A stretch of 41,948 bases of DNA from an uncultured Solibacteraceae bacterium (GCA_964548865.1 CAZJTG010000004.1:1-41948); one strand, 5' to 3'; shown: positions 36,301-37,151, numbered from the stretch's first letter. Numbers and translations are program-made. The notes: generated by a model from the sequence alone, not told the origin.

Positions 36301-37151
36301 TCGTCGCCCAGGCGGGCGACCCGGCGCCCTTCACGGGCCGCGGCCTGCGCGGCTCGGCGCCGATCATCCACACCGCGGGCGAGCTCGTCTCCGACGCCGG
36401 CGCGATCCTCTTCGCCCAATTCGTGGCCGGCGACGGCTCGACGTCGCCGCCTCAGCCGATGTGGATGTACCGCGTCGATCCGACGCCTCCGACCGTCCCC
36501 GGAGCGGCGGTCCCGCTCGAGCAGGGCAAGCCGACCTACGCGGTCAAGTGGGCGGCGTCCCAGCAGCTCGTCTCCGGCGTGGCGGCCTACGAGGTCCAGG
36601 AGCGCGGCGGCGATCCGAAGAATCTGTCCGAAACCGTCATCTGGCGCACGATCAACCTCGTTCCGTCGCGCCTGACCACCTACAACGTGGGCGACCCGAC
36701 CTTCCCCGGCGAGGGCCCCCGCAAGGACGGCCAGTTCTACAGCTACCGCGTGCGCGCGATCAGCGGCGCGGGCGTGGCGTCGAACTGGTCGCCGCTGGCG
36801 ACGAGCGCCGGCACGGGCGTCAACTCGGCGATCCTGTCGGGCGTCAGCAACTTCCCGAACCCGTTCGATTCGCGCAAAGGCGGCGAGCTCGGCCGCACCA
36901 AGATCACCTACACCCTCAACGCCGACTCCGACGTCACGATCACGATCTACGACGCCCTCGGCTACCTGGTGAAGACGATCTCGTGCGGCCCGGGCGCCGA
37001 GGGCGGCAAGACCGGCATGAACTTCGTGCCGTGGGACGGCCGCAACGACGCCGGCGTGCAGGTCTCGAAAGGCGGCTACACGGCGCGCATCAAGGCCAAG
37101 GCGCCCGGCGGCACGGCCACGGCCATCCGCAAGATCGGCGTCATCCACTGA
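3330..37151 (+). CDS. giant secreted or cell-surface modular repeat protein (11,273 aa), adhesin-like
   Basis: A single stop-free frame runs for 33,822 nt. The GTG start lies 8 nt after GAGGAG (3316-3321) and overlaps the upstream stop (GTGCGTAA). The product has a Sec-type signal peptide (MRKISWRRLLAAAALAAVTG...YSA|DA). Its composition is protein-like and rich in T, S, N, Y, W and F, whereas the other five frames give Arg/Gly/Ala/Asp-rich junk. Recognisable Ig-like, FN3 and C-terminal sorting-type modules are listed as sub-features below. Confidence 0.95.
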   Translation: MRKISWRRLLAAAALAAVTGLRPQYSADAATRTLGTGGANTAYVGQRNVLYVPGRGYWAFFKSVNSDRVVWRWSKDGQDWSAKDDSGNWTTQADAIPFLQTAPNAAWSFASIWYAPDLNRIYVAAADALGVQGSGGGSTTNGRTGDTSGDLLFIRWGTPQADGSITWNSTIRQQRMTVRANTCQNVSNGGNQTWDPLARHSALIVYSSGTTASSRFVAVAADTNRNNGGVYDAAGAIVTTNLTMDVTGYHDTGGVAPINVYTYCHEATGANTDNTLDIVAGPTMTPSRDGVNGRVLLVARNDNLTTGADSNADAAFITLGHTSRDVTAIATDANMNGAVYQLTATDENEGWGVSSINEEGTSITHFAYVNQNGDLAYRRRTAQGTVTAAFDLDTRGTSGAGGLPLYEPAVSLTKKNQSWVTNDIYIAYVSTGRTELHYMACRSTATALASGCDTTRVFRTGVELNNPKLGFWGERNEPMPIMWSDVDKVYFDKIITSTFAIPSVTNVSTAAAFNAFLTQPNYDVIIAGTNFEFVTGASTPTPRFQILASSETQTEITVTSVTYIGKTSMRASIVLSTYVNAGFDYDMRIILGDGQEVPARFDRNGGAGSNVSLPFRLNPPSLTSVSDNGNGQQDPLPNAFVSAGTILNNDGTQNLSRVVRLTGSGFMNWTGNTGTIVPSANTVRIQFQRDSDGYIEPEIRVASMVYSGGTVVSAYVRASTVAQPGQYTILLTNPSSGTALSNAGTFYITVPTASITSPASGNNLGLAFVAGNVGFSAGGFEAGQTAVSSVAVRITHLATGKSWNATGNTMTASFADDESRWNKVALASPATYYNFPFNTSDANNIPDDGPYEFAVRAQTRDGGIGDPYNPSKISTVAVNLDRFAPTATQVAPFAFPTVTGATNSITAINYLFADAGTGVLVSSIMIQDIGIPTGSTDTWVAFTTAGVLHVADQQVWLATGPVGANNYTPQTIFASGQVGTVGAVIDNASSIKLPQWENGHKYAVSAFSKDAAGRTVNTSTSGTSGYTVFVYDTQKPTVTVTFPAGLATSSGTATWVTNFTSLSGLIRDNVSDALDPQHIFVRIVELLPGAAEAPNINRYVNASGNGFTSDSSYKQFTQTLSAADASDPWNWDLSGMNGIFNDGLTYRIEVYAADGAGNSTGTAVSPRHRLYLRLDNTPPVVSRVLISTDSLSSSSVVIGTNSSVGLYQSTNPLQSIRLHLNDGTGSGIANARFNLRYNGVAGLTQFDRLNPSSWVFQNPEVTYYWNNATSTTTPNFQVALATGIPWQESQNYSMHWEITDIAGNLTVYDWNFKYDTSTPTISGISIASGTTFGDSADLPNAITGLVVDELNQIGKDPAGIFQVGVGVQRMSDNLWFTLGGWSATRADPVITSFSGNNWSLTPLGSQSGLFWNARSTETYSLYVWGQDAVVSTYTNVSSSVALKGVFQWEVQAPSSTLVVPSTTTNNVWYSSHTGFNMPFIITNAYDLPASGPGQGSDNACAMSGGPGVWPGGSRNICAEEVEIQDTSSGLCWNGAGAFAATCGTPGAFRTMTVVASSYTLDTQIGVGGGLWETMLTGNTYRIRVRGKDAAVTSGFVWKPNTEVPATPADCNSVALSNGGTRCVRVDKAAPVTVITDPVHNSDITAPVASISGNASDTGSGLGKTFLMICQDNAGSPDQTKCLTDLTGSGTFTGAPTWFETTGGAWTYNTNAVTAWTVGVFYHVIVRSTDAVNNLEPWTAAAASNSNHVRIRIVAPGANGVIVRPSIADASYPFYQPTVLTTITGTANGNTHAQVRIRETDSNLYYDNNAPGAGWIGISTWVTSPTGSLINVGTREYLYAFGGSWRVNQNYTVDLRVCNGVEGGCSGVLATETFVIDSSAPVNSVSLPTSPAHRAGSLAALSGNVSDPSAPSQPNSLNSASVYYRVIRMKDAREWAVNASTFVAPPGDNLIASDQGGGLFTYTTTYLTSEQMFEDGYQYRANLFATDKAGNAGTGVGAVFRYDISLPTATMTVPVQGVIINSLPTISGTARDPNPKLGDSNSSPSGVQTVEIQVQRQSNGFYFNGTNFGAAAPTWLAATGFYESSPGVATFTYTNANLDAALISGVYTVAVRARDVAGNTQNVFTAAASSFTILIDKDAPSAGVSQPSLTAYTAAGAAAVGVQGTASDPLVGGTSAGLLISGVDVQLWYLIDPTSYYWNGSTFTASVASVQANGTSWSLPLVPTAAQYGWAGDKVYYTRARVHDASVLADGTVSASTGNLSAFTPITSFIVDGTPPVSTMTSVTDGGYYNALSSLSGTHDGSLAGTDKVEIRITTNPATGPDWTGSSYTFTTPYWTTATLAGSNWTYSDLTGAFADNERYYLFVRATDLVGQQQTPVPVYGINYDVTPPALSIAFPSSPPANPPYSNNAESARVSTYTYGSISDSGSGASGVAQVWLGISSGAAQNVWWNEAARDFTTSQTTVAWSTQVYSGGTGWQYSVPELQARLNAGGDGVNFSVFVYARDVAGNTVNFSVGMLPGASAAGQTQPFKYDIARPTSTVSVPVNGSAVNALTEFSGAGVDPGANPSGVLRNYMAIRHTDGGTAQIGWWNWGTGAFDSAIADPPPAPPSPAWTQVSSTPVQGLGSLAWSTAVPAGMLESSATYRVVSVTLDQATNIQQNPTPAGSGAAFRYDTQAPTATITGPAYGAYLNAAALGQILGTATDETRGASGLQSVQILLKLQTAEAYWNGGTSGVFATDYDTNGGTKYSQWRTVTGTFNWSQAFPPMAPAESKAMRLWVRATDNAGNVSAFPSTAQLDADQNADGTPARPFVYDNTPPVTAVTAPAALLSFAPATVTGTAQDAFPANEPSGVVDVRLRLARSTGEFWDLFSSTWTASPAFSNTGLTGLNPWSFPFPAGTFTDGYRFDVNSQGVDAANNAETAISTYSFVVDRSTPTSAILWPNTGAFVSSAAVTIRGSAEDRFCSLNPALCNASRQYETGIAGGGVTVALAEVVVSTTWWDGANFASGSPVFLPAAFVGSSSGTWTFALPPGALTSTKVYRAVVRAQDRGGNLDIVTSTNTFVYDAVAPVAYATAPTGFNGQVDVIYGTARDDIPNTPAVVRLTIRETAPASQYWNGVAWQVGPVELSSGVIGSLITGTTYAWSYDATSVAWINAATYTVTARGVDGAGNVEAPHGTHDVEFYLEAPTPSLVLTQPSAPDLKHYGPNSAGQVLTLLGTGQNLRAAAGARIALQRLTEPTSYWHEPTQSWTNDAATFTPVNVTPGNPQTWTLSLTAPYAVFDASYSVTATPVNNAGLLGTAVSRTFVFDRTVPLNAITNPAAVACQGANACLSSLPTISGTASDATNTTPPSITAAGVKVRLKNAVTGEYWNGSAFAPGIFDMAIDPANFSGGGPFTWSTTTLAGAALKDGEDYIILAHAADKAANDQTVEASMANFTFIYDTSTPTGMLSQPSSGHVYLNLTTISGTSVDPGGANPNNKFSGVQRVELQIFSPVDGVCWSDGAGSFSVACPNFFVATGTTPWSYTHASLTGGLVSGQPYTLTARAIDFAGNVQSQFSVPLSSRTMSVDKSAPSTTITKPLAGVAYRSTQLTGGTALTGTASDPEAAQYQQNDALQSVQTVMWYVLGGTSYYYTGVVDLFPSGNGTKFSSNTVEAAQWLNVTSGTDTWASLFAGADWISDRQYYVKARARDRARDVTGAIVGNLQNAFVNNVSYNAFKVDDTAPVSVVQNPPVTGFLQNLNSISGTSNSDLSLANTYYLRVWYVVGVSSFYWNGNAWGAANVQTQLPVQVTGSTGTVAWTYPGSLLGYAPPTITQADGTAYGIAIQALDNAGNLETPTTAQYILDQVGPNVVISTPMAAFPNYGAARPLAQLRGLSSDSPAGVFRVDLEIRQVSDTPNLFWDGFTWTAVPSVVPALSTNPWTYAAPAWIDNKQYQVLAKAVDLAGNDSGFGAPVVFKYDVNKPSTTILVPNQPSYPLSWAGTPLSGTALDWVTNPSTEAKSGLTAVEIAIRRLSDGFYWQGGSFNAPVAFRTVSTTTLDPASWTYPPSNPAGDSLPGWNDNESYTVDLRATDKTGNVEDLVSYTFTFDSFAPTTTITTPIDQTYATAFTLSSGTYSSVPSPISQITVAIRNNLDQYWNGAAFAAYGAGSSWRPAQIHVSSWTFTDAALATFINTTQSDPRPYEFFVRGVDAAGNDNRGLAQPTAGTGRTLKVDYFRPVSLITYPADNSALPNSITPITGTAEDKVTALAVVGVGLNLVNLKVIRIGPGLTENYWDGGAWNPADQGFNIPTTLGGAVQTVQTFQSQGGAIGENSFLDSYRYRVISRAEDLFGFVETVLSTTNFVVDRATPTATLLRPAHGSYISTNTLTLSSGTFSEPTGAGGYTSGLQQVRLQIEDISDLAVPAHAIPSGQRYWNGTAWQAGAISTTAVVYTSTWAVFNIPTDWVRGDASPNGRQYAIRAIATDLAGNAGAFPNYFVSRATFTFDGTPPDSTVVFPAGPDDADATNLSTITGTASDPLVNSSSADVRAVYIAVQNDASNPGDPNAGFYWNPVAGVWTAGVFWSTTAFTPATGEWQFNSAPLDSNLNPGSYYIINSSATDNAGNVQPLATAGQPGRRRLRFTPPPADTTIGSPASLQYYNQLVGFGGTANAPTTTIELQLKRADTGQCWGGGATGFGWVSCLVDNGTNTRVVYPAAGNWTYPPGGESLPDWSLVNNTTFTLRSVGVNYAGVRESPVELAQFYVDRSSPISSVSFPANGAFLASTPTLAGAVNDQFVGPTGSGSGIKNVKIELRRLDNNFYWNQLVSTWTAAVAQSTAAYNLGTNSWTFSSIVSTLTWQDGLSYSLAVFSEDKAVGSPTGNVEVPAAPINFTFDSTQPSVAISVPGAAPARQAFALPNAGFSGTASATAPNTVREVQVRVQAVAGSVFANPAASLAFNQADGNQAWFNAVNGGGWATWSVSSGIPFVNGSTYLIIARAQNQSGTFTVPYSTRTIIYDSSAPVSGVSVPANLSIINALPVITGTAADQPTGFPGTVTQMNARLKRLSDNFYWDGFGAWNAGVQTLGPGQGLSVYPSTWDVAAINIPGAGDLTSGVSYYLTVSAFDDAGNLGPNQEAWDSPRGSTFTWDNTAPLSGISSPLDGGARSSLASIAGVSSDNVLVSTVALSIRDVTAAQCYNPAVNGFNLACPAWFPAQGTNPSWSFAFPTQPWVHAMQYVIRSSATDAATNVQTALSSAAFTFDVNAATAGLTVPAGGALGPNLGSIAGTATDAPAGVSSLRLAISSGAALGNWYDGATFTGGAPTFFTTSAYTLGAPDTWAWAYPVLDDGQLYTLRARTVDLASNQRDQDFSFRFDRSSPTASIAVPVNGGFRTGAFTISGASSDPDPDGAGPKAGTLVSTVAVSIERLGSGLCYGLGGLFNVPCPNYIAAGGAPGAWTFTAAPPYVTGETYVVSARATDNAGNIQDVFGAGTSSNTFTYNTAVPTVLVTYPQSARHRDLTTLYGTASDAIPAALSQVQVRVLRLSAPARYADPADLGTPHAFSILTANQETAWFTAASTAAVKWTEWYLSSGLPFVTSEQYRVEARSLNQAGTHSTAYSSHTLIYDVNPPVTTVALPVFTSTVSALPQLSGASSDAGAVSEIRLRLVRLSDNNYWTGSGWTGVVSQLTTSEGIQIYTSTSSWELVSNLPTPAQLTNGVSYYITTSGIDDAVPGGNAENFNEAPRASTFTVDTVGPVTAFTAPANYSVISSLSKFIGTASDALAGVAAAGQVEVAIAENGPNNGCWNGTIAGGTFTLTGCPIYYPITGADRGGTYSSGSTFWDMNVPPLTSQFGYKVWVRARDNATPTGNYTAAASISSITFTYNTNLPSAAILVPPSLPAAGGNLNAAFGVSGTASDNFGVIGTSVAFQEADTNMYWNGVSTFGSVTPVWQNAALAGTAPSYTFSAAAPTPAASNGRNYNLYVKAINNAGLEQVAPAVTVKWDTNRPVASVTTPANNTYGRLLSSVVGNAADAGAGASGVAGSQIQIKRTAATDCWSGSAWGANCATEASWLNPVAGTPWTKNTQLPPPSNLPTGLQDGVQYEISARAFDVATNTQTAVTANIFTFDVSSPAVANVLPLHGARYNSLPTISGTAADQAPGAFNVQYPRVRIYDIPLNQYWVDGTGWVTSGFPGFPDLWNTAIDSTSVAGTFTWRYDAAATGLSTQWPDRDNQLRVETQALDAAGNYTTTSSTFSFDATRPGSYVLYPPVDGVTYSTMAVIGGTSTDNTSPITDVGIKMWYVSGSATYYWSPAVPHWNLVDPGFASIGGSAGPSATINPWAYNSAQVPDFNNPGTLNYAWKEGTHDGGNGKLFHIITRALDGAGNAQTVFSTRTFRFDNVPPTSAPAAPLDNSAYRTLTTLSGTSTDDIGTVSAVSVSILDQDTTRYFDGTSFTSVPEVWLPVLPANLFQTSWTFVNGSLAFTTQHHYLVKSSATDNVGNVQTAIGSSRFLFDTDPGNSAVVNPVNQITYDDTKILIGSSSDPGFSSGINGQGAGVVPTLGWHQGAVDVAVFRDTVPLIVGGPILFGGWDSTGFFWNGSTWVASSGGPLWVPSAFVDGFGNWQYDGLTCPRPVPTDPCWVRGDPYVAWVRTRDNAGNVQGVIQNGPRFFVAGVAQSFSIVVSSDPATVGNDVTVTVTARDGAGGTGGVASSYAGTVKFTMVDGSGGPETADTDGVSDNLHGLPQNYTFTTGTGNDNGVHAFTIRLRKAGARILRVEQTDNAALFGLINLTALRQAGTRVQIIADCDPLGQQSGPGVVTVGSEGRVGAPRTRTAGQTVNFCAQVTDDFYNLDSSSVTTVYVTDTDPNNESLSADQYLVVPGSVSFSRVFVTANPVGQVVQSTGSGVFPNAANPGSPVPVVGQPADRLVALLPNETRVQGKFAVAPFGKTLGAPDEVQAGSTVSLRVYAVDPFYNDDSSVALPVTARIWTENFTGPKSQTLQSGATTFVFAPVVAGTQSFLVQSASLPSGTSTYMAPASLRVWWGPPAKLQMIVEGQASAPGKPPYDADPTTGGRVAPGAALLTAGVTTTITVNLVDNWFNVVQATTPFMTQTASVTMPLVQLDFLNDPNIQGRGLAPNPFQRTLNFGTTSFSFIPVTRSAGISLRAIDTNLTGTYYSTDTVSANQVQANTPVSLLVQMPGETYAEGTVLGKTGTPSTLTAGVSYGVSLRAADLYNNRANDGRQVLLSSNDPYASIPPPQSLALGQTVFAGFLPSAATGNLVVSGVDNDVIVPALTGQNIGAITVIPNSPDRMIVLLPGQTLVPGKTVAPFGVTGTPTQSTAGVVFTATAYAADARYNVVSTVTKPTINFTSDDPFAGTVGAFGMGSGAATANPVVLRTAGARTLTATDGGAGSPLPTPGVSGSFTLLPNNPTRLRVMTPSESRVPGSTTNGRTGAAHTVQAGFAFDATVDIADAFWNLTPGVTQQIRLVADDPFAVIVPTTQVITTSATYNVTLKRAGSTILRAEMVDTLSLPSVSQDSSTVITVLPGTPSRLLAVLPGETFSQGSPTGKGGTPSAQGAGAGFTVQVGVVDNFFNLVTGRAADVQISVPSDPYADPVSTAAINTGVGYTAPMTLTLRRAATGHFLAASDFGASGLSSDPQSSTFTVQPAAPYGLQLLLPGQAAVPGSGSYPNGGVTGSISTPTAGAAFNATVNLVDRYMNLSPAGARPLVYTNTSDVYDVDPATAALISGTLPVPITLVTKATGTVIRVNPQNTPLDEVCTANAPTNVCLAQAPAAVSAPFRVFASTAYALMVTLPGETQKPGKCDYLPSVVCRLLGGGEGLPGKDGVPTPYVVTSPATNADVWLVDQFYNPVSDIPVGPNQDTNPPAVMPTVSLSFPFGGATGSPASAALILGNRQFNFTPLVAATGYLVVASTTAVSASTWTPATSAAYPVYPGPSHHLHWSGLPGTVTAGVSFGAVLTAHDEFHNVLSTGPNAYNKNVTFTAENFPGVQAPSFLPTNNVTFSSAADQGVRSLVSFAQLKRAGVRSLTAQETPDLTLTINTDRAPYTTPGSVTVVPAAPDSMKASPAGDTLVSAGQISNPGNIQISGQLTDAFDNPITAGASVYIQIVDVFGSTGSLAIGSGVDQVNVGVSTVVLTDAQGRIGVSTAVYYFVSTTANDYARIWVGTTTAPSNLALYITQQKNLTGKLTTTGGLASALVFRSTPTAATVGINDVAGAGGQYALERLDDFGNVTRQGDNTILFNVFGPHKTIHAAAGRAFSQSGTTGDFGFRDDANTAFIPGITIFDGFTGLETPFRFHSRMSSYSGASPAANTAENNRPGLWTLEVYLASPTVALTHNLRMDPDVARTVGFANPPRTEVAGRVVDFTATLAKFTPQLQDLFANPVVATQAVVVNLSTVTRLGSRLNDYVAFSRSSDSVAGTRTSAPFFLASTTTVDIPLGQYQATFYYLDTAATTNYSMVGGTKPVLQLSAAGLFSSQQGVFIMPDVIDRVAVSTGAGQSLLAGATSQLFSYETRDFYGNASPVRPGQDFGLGYVQLQIGSNSSGQVQVSTGGVGAFVPNTAVTYLPLNQASSTFYLIDTLLTTGGASSHTISVAGVTYPTWDVAYATYGVNPGPPSQIGWATPPRRLIAGTTLQYELGVPTMTVIAAQLLDQFGNVTSTSSPFVIRYNTVLTQDLFGGIDSNQVIVATAPSAFWTPLFGNQLDVIIPGGAGLSQAPFYMFGRLAGGATIQAQAQFAGSPIFSPISQVHQITPGRATYLTVNHPYTNANPLRVGVPGTLTVNARDLFGNVASGDAVNGNGYTGTINFGSSGSTATVTLLDLTNSATFHTFTPGEAGVFSNLLVQDNIIESLKVSATDYYDSAVFGFTSDGARVGLPANPALRSDADVVLAGVLVTPTDMAPESNPPPNGPVPVAKQVFNVKPTLNQGDGNVPSSPDPIAMLRLDMRVFPSGQPLIAELQSMRVQSRAEGNFNNTKITEVALWLDDPGAQNGQFDPLTDMFVATGAYNGAGAWFFGSPLFSQTALNALPAPVLGNMTINSSQSKFMFVTVRVSSYGYTLGELPASFGLEIPTPNNITLDPASQVGIAANNFPIKTSTSSVEREASEIQVLTSTSTDYDINAWWQPPSLTLSSYTYVNQGAVNVGAMKLQMWTNEFNAVISKISIGKSGTGLDTAIRKVKLYLDTQSDQVTTPGDGIFNFTIDRLVAETTFPPGETHLAAINISSPTGINGTIGTSTKTYYIVYDYEASAEPGQTHGVILTGANIVPLAGNGSPPAFTVIASSPVVVQATPDQVNLTDWNRQGSSATVPTDAIPSVLTQNDVNKPVAKMTLRVNSGAADWSGLKLDRWLPSIVIDGSSYNPLLALNNKASDVTNVKVWLDQNGNGLLDVSTDSQVSPLNSVIHRFAAAPLSAALYSTGPAVGATIEVANIGSMFPSDNPFPNDQESRLVLNDGQTNELLKEIVYCHGLDLGNNRYTNCERGMEGTAMLDFSSGTLVSGPVRIPILSLVGGSGQTIDTTKKDYFVTFDVAPLATVSPQANLGIGIPTTSYFKITAPKTMSTFNVGFQPPGRSISFIPGTAEYPDKIRVVPIDSQDGPLGPFLQQRSTVAVAVINSITADVADASWRWILVQATGTATDNTTTFAGDVEETQLWFDANNDGLFNTANDVMVGSGTFGNYLGLPLVSQISLYPPRTIVTTALQTQPQRYFVALRMSANARPTDATFQPRTLGVQILPTALPTNAPVTDNPFLNALALPNVYDPSSPLPYSGKVRAIIASPQVMSVRATPFFSTSSGTFAAPTIEGAAIPIQPAGAIDPVWTVSSTAGLPSPAPGATAYMLVENEIIGYTGFSLSPVSGITGVIRGYLNTTPAAHSTGTYLAPQIQQGDINLAGMRLELTSGGFEVQLSSITFNRPTILGISGDDADLSALKVYKTVDGVYHRDPATGINVADILLGQSFFGAQSVSGRTTIPINDPQIGSPGYALITSTPSVFYVAMDVSVSAKFSHPTLTPPAEMTGALVADPTRIQLTPGNAGHTTVFVGTTPVATPSFVVAPTVNTVRVDFDQASGNTAFQNSKNVAMLRLRLRTDRNTAIVEAIRVDRIGSASALDSDVNIVKIWKDRDGNGVFDVADSTSGPLNDFPGLMSFGNETFSSGTVTLALKNEILVTTTPADYFVTYDVSQFAAEGNQLGVAMLNPSYLTVQVPNAVNFSTPTFSSNPLMTVTKVVSRVTVGTNDIAADVPGVTQAQANVGMLRMNLATDIALAPWRSLRVERGGSSQDPSKPLGRNTDVKFVRVYKDINSNDRLDPTNDINISEVNTTLVVAVSSNVVAPFDLVVMSTAGFPIDNLGAPIGGRIYVNNAELMTFSGMGCAGTGGVDPGTLRPCLAIATRGNQLGTAPTPILNHSVGVPVRKVDVFNQANDADVQALISFNADQLIGPSAQNFFVAYDIGDAAVQNDLINVTLRDPTWIGMPRGDIVQPTLLKGVTIGNPLGTSATTYPYVGQNIAISPITLQVSGNSLAPAGAGQGDANVPILQIDMKTSSDFVAVAQLRLRQTGTIITSTGPAGRGDGDASFIKVWLDNGDRVFTSNVDTILGQLPVSTAGAFSNGTALVPLQLGAIPYVRVTTNTAIFYVTADIGFNDEAGYSTLQHNLGFQLAAFTDIIAPDGAPVVAAADPSKQPPLTSKTLLIAPLTVPGVSISSMVPPIIVTRAGPGIPGYAVGYPAYAQVDAVNCNNGKDPVNPRNNICYDSASNPLPDQTRWLCPNGASWTAINCGGSPPLIDVNGDGVPDNFKVGESTRATNVSLLGDGTPTVGPTVTGILDVVINKDGVVDLVLFSPGSNKPQFRIGLDIADQGNLAKTAPDPGQGLAPSAWAKSAGSLSFNLPITGTTGYYQVAVGKFYDDPIGITHKWSSVTAVGTSGMSAQSFFGTLASAPITGATLSNLVLDVPNITRLTQTMTQDTTFFTVEDNRNLLGATNGAGLVYIGSEILRVKRGPTPTTFEVVAQAGDPAPFTGRGLRGSAPIIHTAGELVSDAGAILFAQFVAGDGSTSPPQPMWMYRVDPTPPTVPGAAVPLEQGKPTYAVKWAASQQLVSGVAAYEVQERGGDPKNLSETVIWRTINLVPSRLTTYNVGDPTFPGEGPRKDGQFYSYRVRAISGAGVASNWSPLATSAGTGVNSAILSGVSNFPNPFDSRKGGELGRTKITYTLNADSDVTITIYDALGYLVKTISCGPGAEGGKTGMNFVPWDGRNDAGVQVSKGGYTARIKAKAPGGTATAIRKIGVIH
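3417..4829 (+). other. non-repeat N-terminal head domain of the giant protein (about 470 aa), possibly beta-propeller / sialidase-like
   Basis: There is no internal periodicity like the rest of the protein. It has strand-like segments rich in W, Y and G: YWAFFKSVNSDRVVWRWSKDGQDWS (an imperfect Asp-box-like SKDGQDW), IWYAPDLNRIYVAAAD, LLFIRWGTPQADGSITWN and IYIAYVSTGRTELHYMAC. The fold assignment is a guess. Confidence 0.3.
4830..5574 (+). other. two IPT/TIG-like beta-sandwich domains of the giant protein
   Basis: Both units start with a P-S-[VL]-T-x-V-S motif: PSVTNVS...DVIIAGTNFEF...ITVTSVTYIGKTSMRASIVL and PPSLTSVSDNG...VVRLTGSGFMNW...GQYTILLTNPSSG. This resembles IPT/TIG domains. Pattern recognition only. 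Confidence 0.4.
5575..23260 (+). repeat. about 45 tandem, divergent Ig-like modules of about 130 aa each (protein-level repeat)
   Basis: The recurring module reads [FY]xYDxxxPxxxhxxP ... L(P)xISGTAxD ... SGVxxVxhxh ... (Y/F)YWNGxxW ... W(S/T)(Y/F) ... Yxhxh(R/K)AxDxAGN. I counted about 45 D-x-(A/G)-(G/A)-N module ends, each followed by the next FxYDxxxP boundary. Confidence 0.8.
23261..29900 (+). repeat. about 17 tandem invasin/intimin-type (Big_1-like) modules of about 130 aa each
   Basis: The recurring module reads hhhLPGE(T/S)xxPG(K) ... G(T/V)P ... (T/Q)AGxxFxhxVxAVDxx(F/Y/W)Nxh ... hxhxSxDP. Examples are LLPNETRVQGK..VYAVDPFYNDD, QMPGETYAEG..LRAADLYNNR, LLPGQTLVPGK..YAADARYNVV and VLPGETFSQG..VGVVDNFFNLV. 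Confidence 0.6.
29950..35300 (+). repeat. 8 larger modules (about 200-220 aa) of unknown fold, most carrying a calcium-loop-like motif
   Basis: Each module has V(A/G)MLRhxh ... hxxhxVxRxG ... VxxVKhWxDxNxNGxxDxxD ... YFVxYDV ... hGhxh. D/N-rich loops are at 30255-30299, 30848-30900, 31437-31475, 32259-32297, 33651-33686, 34185-34223 and 35031-35066. Confidence 0.55.
35400..36470 (+). other. Cys-rich segment with an FG-GAP/VCBS-like DVNGDGVPD loop and a non-repeat region
   Basis: The sequence reads VNCNNGKDPVNPRNNICYDS...WLCPNGASWTAINCGGSPPLIDVNGDGVPDNF...INKDGVVDLVLF. It has four Cys within about 50 residues. The DxNGDGxxD loop is typical of FG-GAP/VCBS-type calcium sites. Confidence 0.35.
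36478..36800 (+). other. fibronectin type III domain of the giant protein
   Basis: The sequence reads PTPPTVPGAAVP...TYAVKWAAS....VAAYEVQER.....WRTI....RLTTYNV......GQFYSYRVRAISGAGVASNWSP. This is the canonical FN3 pattern: P-rich start, a W in strand B, a Y-x-V in strand C, Y-x-Y-R-V-x-A in strand F and S-x-W-S at the end. Confidence 0.7.
36838..37148 (+). other. C-terminal FlgD-Ig-like / T9SS-type sorting-domain-like module
   Basis: The last ~100 aa read SNFPNPFDS...TKITYTLNADSDVTITIYDALGYLVKTI....GKTGMNFVPWDGRNDAGVQVSKGGYTARIKA. This matches the familiar (Y/F)PNPF...hxYxL....VxhxIYDxxGxxVxxh.....G....WDGxNxxGxxVxxGxY pattern of FlgD Ig-like and T9SS type A C-terminal domains. Confidence 0.65.
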
